From: a virus
IMG/VR virus record: IMGVR_UViG_3300025732_000021
Span: 1 to 64,000 of that record
Length of the DNA stretch: 64,000 nt
Reading direction: 5' to 3' (one strand)
Shown here: positions 1 through 10,946 of the stretch, in pieces
Position numbering within the stretch: the stretch's first letter is position 1
How the letters are laid out: each line of letters opens with the position of its first letter
Position numbers and translations under genes: made by a program
Notes under the pieces: model-generated
What the model was told of the DNA's origin: nothing
The model's input: the letters and a program-made list of their open reading frames with translations, nothing else
Database searches by the model: none

Positions 1-283
1 CTGTAGCGTCCCAAACGTAATCAATGAAACGCTGTGCCTGTTCAGGGCGTAGGATACCGCTTCCAGCCTCACCCGAAGGATTTACTGCATTTGGTCCTGT
101 TGTAAGACCTAGGTTAGCGTTTGGAATATTACCAAGGACACCACCATCAGTATAGTTACCAGGGATATTAGAACCTGCTTCAGAACCTGATGCAAATGCA
201 CCTTGTGCCTGATAAAGACCTGGGGTTGTGCCACCGAGTTCTCCAGATTCTCCTGGTTGATTTTTCTTTATTTCTTCCGACAT
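1..283 (-). CDS. Major capsid protein, N-terminal part (runs off the window edge)
   Basis: Manual translation from ATG 283: MSEEIKKNQPGESGELGG...GSGILRPEQAQRFIDYVWDAT. GGAGGTG SD upstream. Follows the protease and portal genes, and the GxLxPEQ..RFID motif is typical of HK97-fold capsid N-termini. Confidence 0.8.
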   Translation of the reverse strand, partial: MSEEIKKNQPGESGELGGTTPGLYQAQGAFASGSEAGSNIPGNYTDGGVLGNIPNANLGLTTGPNAVNPSGEAGSGILRPEQAQRFIDYVWDAT

Positions 284-306
284 ATTGTCACCTCCAAGTA
301 TTTTAC

Positions 307-1644
307 TTATCTAAATAAGTCGGCTGTTTTGAGGAAACGTCCGCCCCATAAGGATTTTTCAACCATTTCTGGTTGTTCCTGAACGATCTCGCCTAGATCG
401 CCAGACTTTCGGAATGCTGTCTCTGCTTCTACTGCGTCAACACGCTTTCCAAAATTATTAAAACGGTCATTAATTGCAGCAATATCTTTGGCAACTGCAT
501 CTAATGAACTCTTCACTGCATCTGTATCAACTTTGTTTGACTTAAGTACTTCTACTTCTGTCTGTAAAGACTTTACAGTTTCAACTAAATCGCTAAAGGC
601 TGATGTAATTGTATTCTTTAGTTCTGCTATTGATTCAACAATAACATCATCTGATTTCTTTGCTTTCTTCTCTTCTTCCATCTCAGCATTAGGACCTTCC
701 TTAGAATCTTCTTCTTCGGTTTCCTTATCTGGATGTGCAGCCTTTTCTGCTTCAGCAACTTCAACTGTCTCAACGACAACTTCATCTGCTTTTTCAGTTT
801 CAACTACAGGAGTTTCGGCAATTGCCTCTGGAGCGACTTCTTCTGACTTAGCAATTTCTGTTACTTCTTCAGTAACCTTCTTTGTTTTTGCCATAGGATT
901 TTCCTCCTCTGAAATCTTAGCACCAATGCCTTTAGCACTATCTACTAAGAATTTTACTATATCCATTTTTTCGTTGTCTTCTTTTTCAACGAAACCTATA
1001 TTCTTCATCTCATTACCAGTAATTGGACTTTTTACTGTTTCTTGATCTGAAACCATTACTATTCCTGAATCTTCATCATAAAAAACATTTTCAAGTGCAA
1101 CATCTTGTCCCTTAACAATTTCAACACCATCAACTTTTTCTACATGCATAATATTTGCAAATTGATTTGCTGGTGAGTCTACTAACGATAGTTCAACAAG
1201 ATCATAATCTTTAATAATTCTAATTGTAGAATCTGACTTTTCGTCATAACCATCATCCCATTTATTCATTCTTCCACCAATTGAAAATCCTGTTAGTGTG
1301 CCGTCTAAAACTTTTTCCCATGTATCTTGTGCACCTTTAGAAACATATGCTGATACAAAAACTCCAGAATAAAACTTTTTAGATTCTGGATCAAAATATC
1401 TATCTTCTTTAAAATTAACCATTTTACCAACTGCTAATGGTTGATGCATTTCACGAATGTTTCCACGAAACTTTGAAAATGCTTTCATCGATGCTTCTGC
1501 TGTAACTATATCGCCTTGTTTATCAACATTATCAAGAGACGCAAAACCTGAGACAATGCGTCTTTCCTTATCAACCTTCGCAAATGGAAGGGAAAGTCTT
1601 ACTGAGTCGCCATCGGTATTCCAATGGGCTTTGGATATAGTCAT
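307..1644 (-). CDS. Prohead protease (HK97/XkdF-like) fused to an acidic scaffold domain
   Basis: Motifs VSGFAS..NVDKQGD, REMH, GFSIGG, ELSLVDSPAN and a Glu/Lys-rich coiled-coil C-terminus. Start placed at MTISKAHW (1644), downstream of TATAAT. Confidence 0.85.
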   Translation of the reverse strand: MTISKAHWNTDGDSVRLSLPFAKVDKERRIVSGFASLDNVDKQGDIVTAEASMKAFSKFRGNIREMHQPLAVGKMVNFKEDRYFDPESKKFYSGVFVSAYVSKGAQDTWEKVLDGTLTGFSIGGRMNKWDDGYDEKSDSTIRIIKDYDLVELSLVDSPANQFANIMHVEKVDGVEIVKGQDVALENVFYDEDSGIVMVSDQETVKSPITGNEMKNIGFVEKEDNEKMDIVKFLVDSAKGIGAKISEEENPMAKTKKVTEEVTEIAKSEEVAPEAIAETPVVETEKADEVVVETVEVAEAEKAAHPDKETEEEDSKEGPNAEMEEEKKAKKSDDVIVESIAELKNTITSAFSDLVETVKSLQTEVEVLKSNKVDTDAVKSSLDAVAKDIAAINDRFNNFGKRVDAVEAETAFRKSGDLGEIVQEQPEMVEKSLWGGRFLKTADLFR

Positions 1645-1710
1645 ACTAGAATATATTATAGAGCCTTTTTTACACAAATGTTAATAAATTGTGAATAAAC
1701 ATGTGTATAA

Positions 1711-3309
1711 CTATTGTGAAGATCTACCCTCACCCTTTGGGTTTCTACCACTTATAGTGGCAGGTCCATCGGATTGGTTATTAGTTCTTTCTCCATCCCT
1801 TGCCCTATCTGCTGGATTATTTTGCATATCTGGCTTTGGTTGGAAAGGCTCATCTCCTCCTTCCCTTTGTGGAAGTCCAAGTACTGTTCTTGCTTCATTT
1901 GGAAGCATAACCTGTGTCTTAACATATCTTTCTAATATTTGGGACTGTGCTATTTCATCTGTTAAGGTAAGTTCTTTAAACTTTAAAACTAAAACATCTG
2001 TTTTTTCTCTTATAATTTTATTTAATATTTTTTCTAGTTCTTTCTGTGCTGGTCTAGCAACCTGCTCCTTAAATGTTCTATCCTGAGACATTGCTGCTGC
2101 TATACCACCAGCATCTTCTCCACCTATTTTGGATAGGGGGACTTGATGTGCAATTAAAATATCATCACGATTTTGTTTTCTATACTTTTCAAAAGAACCT
2201 TCTTGAACACCATTTTCAATAGGTTCCATTTTAAACTCAACCTTATTAGTATCACTATCTCCAGGTAGTGGGATATAAAGAGTTCTATGGGATTGCCCCT
2301 TAAGATTAGTTTGTAAAAATCTAAACATCTTATCTTCAGCATCAGCAGAAAGTCTTGCACCCTTTAGTGTCACAACATAACGTGGAACAGCCTTATTGCT
2401 AAAGTAATCAATATTATATTGTGATGCTAATTGATCTCCATGAAGTGAGTTAATTGCTGACATAATGTCTGGAACTCCATAAAATGTATTTAATGGAGAG
2501 TATTGTTTAAAGTGAATAATTTCATTTGGTCTTGGATCCGATGTAATTGGATTAGGGTTAGTTGCTCCAAAATTTCTAAAATAAACAACCTTTTGACCAA
2601 TTATCTGAACATATCCGTCACGCAATCTTCTAGTACGCATTGTTGTTGCTGGTATATGTCCAATGTATCCAATTTCTCCACGTGTAGTTCTACCAACTTC
2701 TAGATATCCGTTTCCAATTGCCTGAACATCTGTATAAACTTTCATCATGGTAGTTGTAAAAGAATCATCATCATTTAATGATTCAATCCAATCGTGCATT
2801 TCAATCTTTGCTCGTTCAATTCTATTTCTTGCTCTTGCTACTTGTTCTTTATCTTTATTTGATTCAAGACGAAGCATTGTACTTGGAGAAACCTCAAAAT
2901 CGTATCCCAAGCCAACTATATTTTCAACCTTAGCATCGATAGCAGCATGGTTAGCAAAAGAAGTATCATAATAGTTAGCGAGTTCATATACATTCCATGG
3001 TGGTGTAATTACATCAAATAATCCATACGCATTTCTATATACTGTACCAGGGTTAATCTCTTTTGACTTTGCTCCATCAATACCGCTTTGTTCTGCTCTT
3101 GCGCTATCAATATATCCTTGCATATTTTCTGGTGCAAGTGACTTTTCTACTAAACGACCTGTTCTTCTTTTAAAGTTATTGTCTAATCCAGTATAGGTTT
3201 TTATTTCGTCCCAAGATTTATTAAATGGATCTTCAGTTTTGAACTGATCCAAAATATTAAATGCATTATCTATTCTTGCGCCTATAATAAATTCTTGATC
3301 ATCTGACAT
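1711..3309 (-). CDS. Portal protein
   Basis: 532 aa with GNGYLEV, EIIHFK..P...YGVP, YFSNKAVP and NEARTVLGLP motifs; sits upstream of the protease and capsid genes. Confidence 0.9.
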   Translation of the reverse strand: MSDDQEFIIGARIDNAFNILDQFKTEDPFNKSWDEIKTYTGLDNNFKRRTGRLVEKSLAPENMQGYIDSARAEQSGIDGAKSKEINPGTVYRNAYGLFDVITPPWNVYELANYYDTSFANHAAIDAKVENIVGLGYDFEVSPSTMLRLESNKDKEQVARARNRIERAKIEMHDWIESLNDDDSFTTTMMKVYTDVQAIGNGYLEVGRTTRGEIGYIGHIPATTMRTRRLRDGYVQIIGQKVVYFRNFGATNPNPITSDPRPNEIIHFKQYSPLNTFYGVPDIMSAINSLHGDQLASQYNIDYFSNKAVPRYVVTLKGARLSADAEDKMFRFLQTNLKGQSHRTLYIPLPGDSDTNKVEFKMEPIENGVQEGSFEKYRKQNRDDILIAHQVPLSKIGGEDAGGIAAAMSQDRTFKEQVARPAQKELEKILNKIIREKTDVLVLKFKELTLTDEIAQSQILERYVKTQVMLPNEARTVLGLPQREGGDEPFQPKPDMQNNPADRARDGERTNNQSDGPATISGRNPKGEGRSSQ

Positions 3310-3713
3310 TAGTCTTGTGCTCCATACTTTTTAATAGTTTGTTGTGCATCATAAACTGAGCCTAAGTCATTAAGGTTTGGAATCCAACCCTCAAGCATTC
3401 TTTGTTTTTGCTCAGAATACTCTTCATCAGTTACTCTTGCAAGTCCAGGGAAAAAGTGTGGTTCACCTTCTGGCTCTCCGTAGTATGCTGCTGCTTTTTT
3501 TAATTCCGCAATCTTTGAAATATCACCTTTCATTGCAGGTATATTTAAAATATTTCCATTTCCATCAGTAAACCATTTGCCATTAGACTTCTTCCATACA
3601 TAGAGTCCCCAATTATAATTTTTTTCAATCATCGTAACCTTTGTATCGCCTATTTGACCAGGCATGCGTGGCTTGCCGTCTTTGCCAAAAGGTAGATGAT
3701 TTTTGTCTTTCAT
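3309..3713 (-). CDS. Hypothetical phage protein
   Basis: Its stop overlaps the portal start; TGGTATACT -10 box lies 7 nt upstream of ATG 3713. Confidence 0.7.
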   Translation of the reverse strand: MKDKNHLPFGKDGKPRMPGQIGDTKVTMIEKNYNWGLYVWKKSNGKWFTDGNGNILNIPAMKGDISKIAELKKAAAYYGEPEGEPHFFPGLARVTDEEYSEQKQRMLEGWIPNLNDLGSVYDAQQTIKKYGAQD

Positions 3714-3731
3714 AACCACAAGTATACCATA

Positions 3732-6700
3732 TTAGACTGCATTTGATATCTGAGATTGCCAAGATATATCTTTAAATACTGCGTACTCATACTCCTGAAT
3801 ACTAAAAACTCTGTCATCCTCAACAATTATCTTATTAGTTCCTGTGTAAGATTTATATAGATCTACTGGATTTACTCCATAATAACTACTAGAAGATTGA
3901 ACTAAAACACCGTCCCACATATAAAAATCATTCCAATATTCCCAATCAAAAATACCATCAGATGAGAACCTTACCCTAGCCCAAGGCCTCTTTGTAACAG
4001 TCTTTACTTCCTGTAAATTTGTGGTTTCATAATATGATAATGCGTTAAAAGCAATTGGACCATTAATCATTATCGAACCATTATATGAATTAAAATTTAA
4101 AATATCAGAAAAACTAATTCCAAGTAATGCCCACTCATTAACATTTATTACTGGTTCTTTAACAATTTTTCCATTTAAATAAAATGCAATTGCATTATAT
4201 AATCCGCCAGTATTTGCATCTATTGCATAAATTTTTGCTCTTTTACCTGATGGATGGTCTGCAACCATGTAGAACTTTATTGTTTTATTTTTGGCATTTA
4301 TTTGCATGAATTGTGTGGGTGCATATGGGAAAAAATCATAATTAAATCTCATTAATGTTTGCATTGCCATAACTTCATATTTTTGAACTTTAGATGAGTT
4401 AATAGAGAGTGCGACGCCACGATTTACTAATGGATCATAGTCACCTCTTATTTCAATTCCAGAATCTTTAGTTAAATATAAATATGGAGAAGATCCTTTG
4501 TATATAGTAAACGGATTTTTACTTTTATAATTAAAATAATACCCGCTTGACTTGTATGGATAAACTAGAGTTCCAAATCTTGTGCCTACTCCATTTGCAC
4601 CGTTATAGTTAAATGCTTGAGATGCCAACTGTAAATTTTTTATTTTAAGTGGGCTATACTTGATTCCATCTATATTAATTTCAATATGTATAACAATTGC
4701 AAGATCTTTAAAATTTATTCCCTGCGGAGGATAAATAATCACATTGTCAACTACTTCATACCTAGTGTTAATCCAATCACTATCTGGTTCAATAACTCCG
4801 TTTTTTGGAACATCTTTTGTTTTAGCAAAAAAAGACTTCTTTTCATTGGCACCATCTTCTAAAAATTCAAAAGTTATATATGTTTTCAATATTTCATTAG
4901 ATGTATCATAGGTATATGTTTTGATAGATTTTTGTCTTAAATCTTCATAATCTAAATATCCAGTAAATAAAAAGTTATCTAGAGATGTGTATGCTCGTTG
5001 CTCAGGAAATGCATATTGAGATGTAAGTTCAGAATATGGCCAACCATTTTCATCAATTTGTTCTGTCTCTTTAAATTTAATAGATGCTGGATAATTAATA
5101 TTAAACTGAATAAAGTCTAAACCTAACTTTTGGTTGCCATATTCATCTAAAACATTTTGTGCAAAATATGATAATGGGACGTAATCGGTCCATGAACCAG
5201 AAATGCTTGCATCTAAATAAAATTTATCAAAATACTTAATTGGGGATATTCCAACACTTGGTATATGATCTAAAAGAATTCTAAGATCTGGTAATGATGG
5301 AGAGTAACTATAATTTTCTAATACTGGATCAAGAACGTCTAATTCATCTTCTTGTAAGTCTGTATTTGTTGCACCTATATAGTTGCCCCAAACAATTTGA
5401 TTTGCGGAACCTCCACTGTATGTAACAGAATTATCATATAAGTTAAATATATTTTCATAGTCTACTGGTACGCCTAAAATATTAAATAAGTTATTTATTT
5501 CAGAAATATTTTTTTCTGAACATAGACCTACCCTGTATATTTTTCCAGTGAATGTATTTTCAAACTCTTTTGTTCCTCCAACATACATTTTTAAAATTGC
5601 CTGATTTGTAAAGAATGCTGTTACATTTCCTCCAAAATAATTCTTAAACTTGTCTATTTCTAAACCAACTGCAAAAATTATGTTTTCTGTCTCTCCTATT
5701 TCGCCGTCATCTAGGTCTGTGGCAGAAAGTGCATTTATTCTATAGCATTCATAAATTGTTTTAATTACCCCATTATATTTTAATATATATTGTATTTTAT
5801 CATCTATACACTCTATTGAAAAATAATTTGAATTGTTATCCTCCAGTCTTATAAGTATTTGTTTATTAGCAAAACTTTCTTCTATTTCAAATAAACCATA
5901 TATTGCTTTTGTTGTTTGGTTATATAAAGAAAAATTATCAAAGTAAATATACGAATTAACTGAATCCCAAGAACTGTTCGGCTTTAAATTTAAATATAAC
6001 TTATTAGATAGTAGATTTTGATCTTCAAGTAAGTCTGCCTCTTTTTTAGTTGTATTATCTGTAAATATTTTTGGAATAGGCACTTCTGGTGTTGTCAACA
6101 TAGCATCTTGAACAATTAAATTATCAATTGACGCCTGTCCCCAAGAACCTAAATCTGGATAGTTATAATTTTTTGTATAATCGGCAAAAGAATAATCAAA
6201 TAGAACTGATTCCCCTCCATAAATAGAGTTTAAATTTTGTGGATATTGAACTCCTTGCCCAAAAACAAATCTTCTTTTAGCAACTATTGATGGAACAGAA
6301 TATGGGTATATTGCAACACAATCTATTTCTATTGGTTGTATTTTTTCATATGCATAAAATCCTATCCAATGCTGGTCTTTATTATCTTCTGAAAATTTAG
6401 ATGGTAATGATATTGTTTTTGAATCAATTGTCATTGATATTATTTCTTCTCCGTTTAACAAAACAGATGCTTGTGTGCTTGTATATCTAAGATGAATTAG
6501 CATTGGTCTTTCCCATTTACCTACATAATAAGACGCATAGTTATCATCTATTTTTAACATTATAAACGGCCCGTGCAAATATATTCCATCATCTGAGGAT
6601 ATTGGACCTATAATTCTTTTTTGTTCTGTAGATGCGTTATTTGTTCTAATCCAAAATTCTAATGTATACTCTTGATGTTTTCCTGAATCTGATAACATTC

Positions 6701-7523
6701 CTAAAGATGGAACAATTAAAGAAGGATTTCCATCATTATTATATAACTTAGTAATGCTTTGAGAACCAAAAACCATCGGTATACCAAAATTTTTTGCAAC
6801 CATTGCATTGTTGTTTGAAAAATAATATCCAGGATCTTGTATAAGTCCATATGAGTCTGCTGCAATTACTTGTGATGTTGGCAATGCTATATCTGAAGGA
6901 AGGGTTACTGTTGATATTCCTAAAGAATGTGAATGAAATTCTTCTGACCATTGACCAAAAGAAAGTCCGTTTGAATAAATTAAATAGTCTTCTAAAGAGT
7001 TTGTGGTAAAAACAAAATTAAATTTAATTACAACTTTAATGCTAGAGTTTTCAAAATCTGGATTAAATGTTTCTGATAAAAAGATCCATCTATCTCTTAT
7101 AGATATATCGTATGGTTTTAAAATATCTATATATTCAGAAAGAATGGTGTCATAGTATCTATACCCAATTTCAATACCAAGAACATAAGGGCTTTCTGTA
7201 TAAAAATATGACCCTATAGAAAATGTTTTTAATGTATTATTTAAGTCATTAATATCAATAATATCTGGGCTAACCAAAGTTACTGAAAATGTTTCTCCAG
7301 ATATTTGAGTTGGTGTTATTTTATTAACAACACTTTGTGGAAATGGTGTATCTAAAAACTGTTGAGTTATTTCAGATGAGCCATTTACTATATCCCAAGA
7401 AGAAAGATTTCTATTTTCTTCGCTTATTATAGAAACATAATCAGAAACATCATCTAAAGCCCAAAGTCTTTGTGGATGTTCTGCAAATATTTTTTCTGCA
7501 TATAAGTTTGATGGAATAGACAT
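3732..7523 (-). CDS. Large virion structural protein with LamG/ConA-like domain(s)
   Basis: 1263 aa; YTLEFW and LLNGEEI..IDCVAIYPY LamG-like pattern; lies in the structural module. Confidence 0.6.
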   Translation of the reverse strand: MSIPSNLYAEKIFAEHPQRLWALDDVSDYVSIISEENRNLSSWDIVNGSSEITQQFLDTPFPQSVVNKITPTQISGETFSVTLVSPDIIDINDLNNTLKTFSIGSYFYTESPYVLGIEIGYRYYDTILSEYIDILKPYDISIRDRWIFLSETFNPDFENSSIKVVIKFNFVFTTNSLEDYLIYSNGLSFGQWSEEFHSHSLGISTVTLPSDIALPTSQVIAADSYGLIQDPGYYFSNNNAMVAKNFGIPMVFGSQSITKLYNNDGNPSLIVPSLGMLSDSGKHQEYTLEFWIRTNNASTEQKRIIGPISSDDGIYLHGPFIMLKIDDNYASYYVGKWERPMLIHLRYTSTQASVLLNGEEIISMTIDSKTISLPSKFSEDNKDQHWIGFYAYEKIQPIEIDCVAIYPYSVPSIVAKRRFVFGQGVQYPQNLNSIYGGESVLFDYSFADYTKNYNYPDLGSWGQASIDNLIVQDAMLTTPEVPIPKIFTDNTTKKEADLLEDQNLLSNKLYLNLKPNSSWDSVNSYIYFDNFSLYNQTTKAIYGLFEIEESFANKQILIRLEDNNSNYFSIECIDDKIQYILKYNGVIKTIYECYRINALSATDLDDGEIGETENIIFAVGLEIDKFKNYFGGNVTAFFTNQAILKMYVGGTKEFENTFTGKIYRVGLCSEKNISEINNLFNILGVPVDYENIFNLYDNSVTYSGGSANQIVWGNYIGATNTDLQEDELDVLDPVLENYSYSPSLPDLRILLDHIPSVGISPIKYFDKFYLDASISGSWTDYVPLSYFAQNVLDEYGNQKLGLDFIQFNINYPASIKFKETEQIDENGWPYSELTSQYAFPEQRAYTSLDNFLFTGYLDYEDLRQKSIKTYTYDTSNEILKTYITFEFLEDGANEKKSFFAKTKDVPKNGVIEPDSDWINTRYEVVDNVIIYPPQGINFKDLAIVIHIEINIDGIKYSPLKIKNLQLASQAFNYNGANGVGTRFGTLVYPYKSSGYYFNYKSKNPFTIYKGSSPYLYLTKDSGIEIRGDYDPLVNRGVALSINSSKVQKYEVMAMQTLMRFNYDFFPYAPTQFMQINAKNKTIKFYMVADHPSGKRAKIYAIDANTGGLYNAIAFYLNGKIVKEPVINVNEWALLGISFSDILNFNSYNGSIMINGPIAFNALSYYETTNLQEVKTVTKRPWARVRFSSDGIFDWEYWNDFYMWDGVLVQSSSSYYGVNPVDLYKSYTGTNKIIVEDDRVFSIQEYEYAVFKDISWQSQISNAV

Positions 7524-7538
7524 TATGGGTCTATTTTA

Positions 7539-8060
7539 TCACACGATACGTGTAAACCATCTTGGAGTAGTATATCTTGTTCCAAGGTCTATTACTTTAA
7601 CCCCATGAATATAATCTGGATTATCTGGGAAACAAAGTAAATCTCCTGGATTTGGCTTATATGATATGTTATATTTTGGGAAATATATATCTCCGCCAAC
7701 ATAATCATTATTTAAATATACAAGAGTTGCAATATCATTTGGCCTATTTGAGTCAAAATGTTCATGCATGCCTCTTCCTGCTGTAAACTTTGCTATATGA
7801 GTTTTTTCATCAATAAAATCTTGAAATGGACCTTCATAATTTTCTAAAACAAAATCATAAACTTTATGAGCATATTCTTGCATTAAATGAAGAACTTCTT
7901 TATCTCTTGATGCTATCTCATTATATGTATGAACGGTAAATTCTTGTTCACCATTTCCATACTCTAAAAAGTCATCAGAATATTTTTTAGCATATTCAGA
8001 TATTTTTAATGCAACATCTACTGGCATAAAGCCTTCAACATATTTTATCTTATCTATCAT
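7539..8060 (-). CDS. 2OG-Fe(II) oxygenase (prolyl-4-hydroxylase-like)
   Basis: HFD...LVYLNNDYVGG..F...HGV...G.RY motifs. Confidence 0.85.
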   Translation of the reverse strand: MIDKIKYVEGFMPVDVALKISEYAKKYSDDFLEYGNGEQEFTVHTYNEIASRDKEVLHLMQEYAHKVYDFVLENYEGPFQDFIDEKTHIAKFTAGRGMHEHFDSNRPNDIATLVYLNNDYVGGDIYFPKYNISYKPNPGDLLCFPDNPDYIHGVKVIDLGTRYTTPRWFTRIV

Positions 8061-10090
8061 TAGTTTACCTTTATCTCACAAGCATCGGTTGTACAATACA
8101 TTTCTCCCTGTGCCTCCAAATTTTCAGCCCCATCATAAATGGCAGACCAATCAATTTTTTTAATTTGGCCAATATAACCATTATACTCTTCTTCGGTTAT
8201 TTGAGTATATGGTTGCTGTGGATAAGTATGATTTCCCATCGGTAGGAATGAGACAGCCTTTAGTTGTCCCTCGTACATGTGTAGAGCAGGCGCTACATGC
8301 TTTGCTTCAGTTTCTTTATCAAATGAAAGCGTTACAGAGACGCCATTATCAGACCAATATTTCTGAGCAGTAGCAGCAAGCGCAATCTTTTCAAATAATG
8401 TAACATCTTTTTCAGATCTTGGATGTCCAGAGTGAACTGGGAAATATACGACAGTTGTATTCGCAGATACAAGGTCAGCCTCCATCTTATATCCAGCAGC
8501 CTTGAACAAATGAATCATTGGGTCGGTATTCCCAAAACGAATTGCTCTCAAGAAATAATCTCCGCCTGGTGCCCAGTGAACTCCTGGAGTTGCGCCAGAA
8601 AGAATTGATACAGACCCTGATGGCTTAACAGTTGTGACCCTAATGGATTCACGAACACATAGCCATTCAGAATAAGAATGATCATATTTGCGAATAGTCT
8701 TGTATCCTTCGTCCATCCATTCACGCACAACAGGTAAGCCAAATTTGTCTGAGAATGATGCAATACCTGTAAGAGAGGTTCCAATACGACGATTACGCTG
8801 CATAATTCCATTTGTCTGTTGCCAATGTGTAGGTATCAGCGTTACCGTCTTGCCATATAGGTAAGCAAACTTGAGTGTCCGTAGGAAGTCCTCCTTAGAC
8901 TCATGACGATTTAGATGTACCTCTACAAGTGTACAAAGTTCGTATGATTCTAATGGCTGCTCCGCACACGGATTGAAGCCCATAACACGATAGTCTTTGC
9001 CATCCTTAGGATCTGCCAGACGACCATAGTTACGTGCCACATCAAGCCAGATAAATCCTGGTTCTCCGTTATTAACGATTAGGTCTACATAGTCTTCGTA
9101 TTTTGTACCTACCGTCGCAGCAATGGAGTTATTAGACATCCATGCCCAACCTGGATTTTCTGGATCAAATGAATTACGCTCTGGAAAAACCTCAGCGTTC
9201 TTCAAATTCATAAAATCTTTATCCTCTGATCCACCCAAAGCCAAGGTAGCAGATCGTCTAACATTTCCTGATACCACACAGGTACCAATGAGATTTACGA
9301 TATCAACTATTGCTCTTGAATCTAGGGTTTCTCCTGCTCTACCGCCGATTACAGACCTGATTTGCTTATGTAGTTGTATAAGTGGTGCAGGTCCACTTGC
9401 TGTACCGCCAAAACCTTTAATAGGGGCACCTAAAGGTCTAATAAGGTCATAGTTAAACTCTTGAATATACATATTAGGTTTTAAATATGAATTAATTAGT
9501 AATCTAACAGACTCTACCCAGCCTTCACGAGTATCTGGTATTTCATATACTTGTGGTGGTTCTGTAGGATCATAAATTGGTAAATTTTTCTCCCCGCCCA
9601 AAGTATCAAACCCTACACCTACACCCATCATGAGAGCATCCATTACCCATCCAAATAACTGGCCTGGATCATTGCGATCTATATCTTTTGTTGAAACCAT
9701 AGCGCAGTTCTGTAAGGCAGCAGAATTTTTCTTTTCCATAGTAAGAGCAGTGCCAAAAGACCAAAGCCCTCTTCCTGGTGGAGTCCATTTTAATTCAAAT
9801 AGACGCTGATAGGCTTCCTTAGCAGATGCCTGTGCCTTATAGTCATTCCAAGGCAATCTATTTTCTTTAGCATGATTCTTTTGTGCTGAATACATGCCCT
9901 CGATTACTCTACGACAAACCTCGTACCATCTTTCTTTGGTGCCATCATCCTTCATGCGAGAGTAGGTACGAATAAATGTAATCTCTCCTAATGAGTTACC
10001 ACCAGCATCACTAAAACCAAATGGTGGTTCTTTTGATTTATACTCATTTATAAACTCTTCAGACAAACGAAAACTAAAAAAATCAGACAC
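8060..10090 (-). CDS. nrdJ: Class II (adenosylcobalamin-dependent) ribonucleotide reductase
   Basis: PPGRGLW, LQNC, GNVRRSA, NPCAEQ, TTVKPSG and C-terminal YCTTDAC motifs; GTG start; no small subunit gene adjacent. Confidence 0.93.
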   Translation of the reverse strand: MSDFFSFRLSEEFINEYKSKEPPFGFSDAGGNSLGEITFIRTYSRMKDDGTKERWYEVCRRVIEGMYSAQKNHAKENRLPWNDYKAQASAKEAYQRLFELKWTPPGRGLWSFGTALTMEKKNSAALQNCAMVSTKDIDRNDPGQLFGWVMDALMMGVGVGFDTLGGEKNLPIYDPTEPPQVYEIPDTREGWVESVRLLINSYLKPNMYIQEFNYDLIRPLGAPIKGFGGTASGPAPLIQLHKQIRSVIGGRAGETLDSRAIVDIVNLIGTCVVSGNVRRSATLALGGSEDKDFMNLKNAEVFPERNSFDPENPGWAWMSNNSIAATVGTKYEDYVDLIVNNGEPGFIWLDVARNYGRLADPKDGKDYRVMGFNPCAEQPLESYELCTLVEVHLNRHESKEDFLRTLKFAYLYGKTVTLIPTHWQQTNGIMQRNRRIGTSLTGIASFSDKFGLPVVREWMDEGYKTIRKYDHSYSEWLCVRESIRVTTVKPSGSVSILSGATPGVHWAPGGDYFLRAIRFGNTDPMIHLFKAAGYKMEADLVSANTTVVYFPVHSGHPRSEKDVTLFEKIALAATAQKYWSDNGVSVTLSFDKETEAKHVAPALHMYEGQLKAVSFLPMGNHTYPQQPYTQITEEEYNGYIGQIKKIDWSAIYDGAENLEAQGEMYCTTDACEIKVN

Positions 10091-10304
10091 TGATTTGCTC
10101 CTTTGAAAACTGTTATTGATTAAGTATACCAGAGTTTTTTCTTTTTACAAACTCTAATGCTATTATTGAGAGTTACTGTTTACTTAAAACTCATTTTAGA
10201 GTGAACTTTTGGCGAACATCTTAAACATATATCTAATTTAGCATCAGTAACTGGACACTTAGAAGTTTTAATATTATGACCTTTTATAAAACAAATTATT
10301 TTTT

Positions 10305-10946
10305 TCATAGTTGTATCCATAAATCAGTAACAACATGAGAATTTTTTGGAGCAATATCATATGCTATTGTAATTCTTGGTTTATCTTCATACCAATCATC
10401 TCTTCCATGAGGATGTCCAGTTTCAGATACGATTGCTCTATTATTTTTATTATGATTTTCAAAAAGATCAGTGCCATTGATTTTATAATATGTTATCGAT
10501 GGTTCTGCATTTACACAGTAATATCCATGAAATATTGGAGCACCTAAACCTTCTGCATGATCATGAAAAAATATATCATTATTTAAAGGACTTACTCCAG
10601 TACCGCCTTGAGTTTTATAATCAAGATTATACCAACCATGTATCATAAATTCTGATTCATTAAAATTAATTCCGTAGTACTCGCAGGCTTCTTCAGTTAT
10701 ATTTTTTAAATTGTTTTTTAAATTTTTAATATTTGAATTATCAAAATTAAAAACATTATAAAATTTTCCTAACTGTGTAGTTGGTCCATTAGTTTTATCG
10801 TATTGATTAATGATATCTTCTGGAATTGTTGCAATTTTTTGAGAAAGCAATTCAGATTGCATAAAATCCAAATAACTGAATAAACTTTCTAAATCATTAT
10901 CTAATGTTTTTTCAAAAAATTTATGTGGAGGTTTCATTGCTATCAT
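10305..10946 (-). CDS. 2OG-Fe(II)-oxygenase-like protein (paralog A)
   Basis: HDH...FHGYY...HPH...RITIAYDI double-stranded beta-helix pattern. Confidence 0.6.
   Translation of the reverse strand: MIAMKPPHKFFEKTLDNDLESLFSYLDFMQSELLSQKIATIPEDIINQYDKTNGPTTQLGKFYNVFNFDNSNIKNLKNNLKNITEEACEYYGINFNESEFMIHGWYNLDYKTQGGTGVSPLNNDIFFHDHAEGLGAPIFHGYYCVNAEPSITYYKINGTDLFENHNKNNRAIVSETGHPHGRDDWYEDKPRITIAYDIAPKNSHVVTDLWIQL

Noticed and set aside
488-1045. 185-aa Ser-rich plus-strand ORF and similar antisense ORFs (e.g. 1691, 9123, 14111, 62171, 63509)
   Set aside because: Antisense shadows of well-supported genes.
10090-10300. Cobalamin riboswitch or NrdR boxes upstream of nrdJ
   Set aside because: No B12-box or convincing NrdR palindromes seen; only a TGGTATACT promoter and an AAAGGAG SD.
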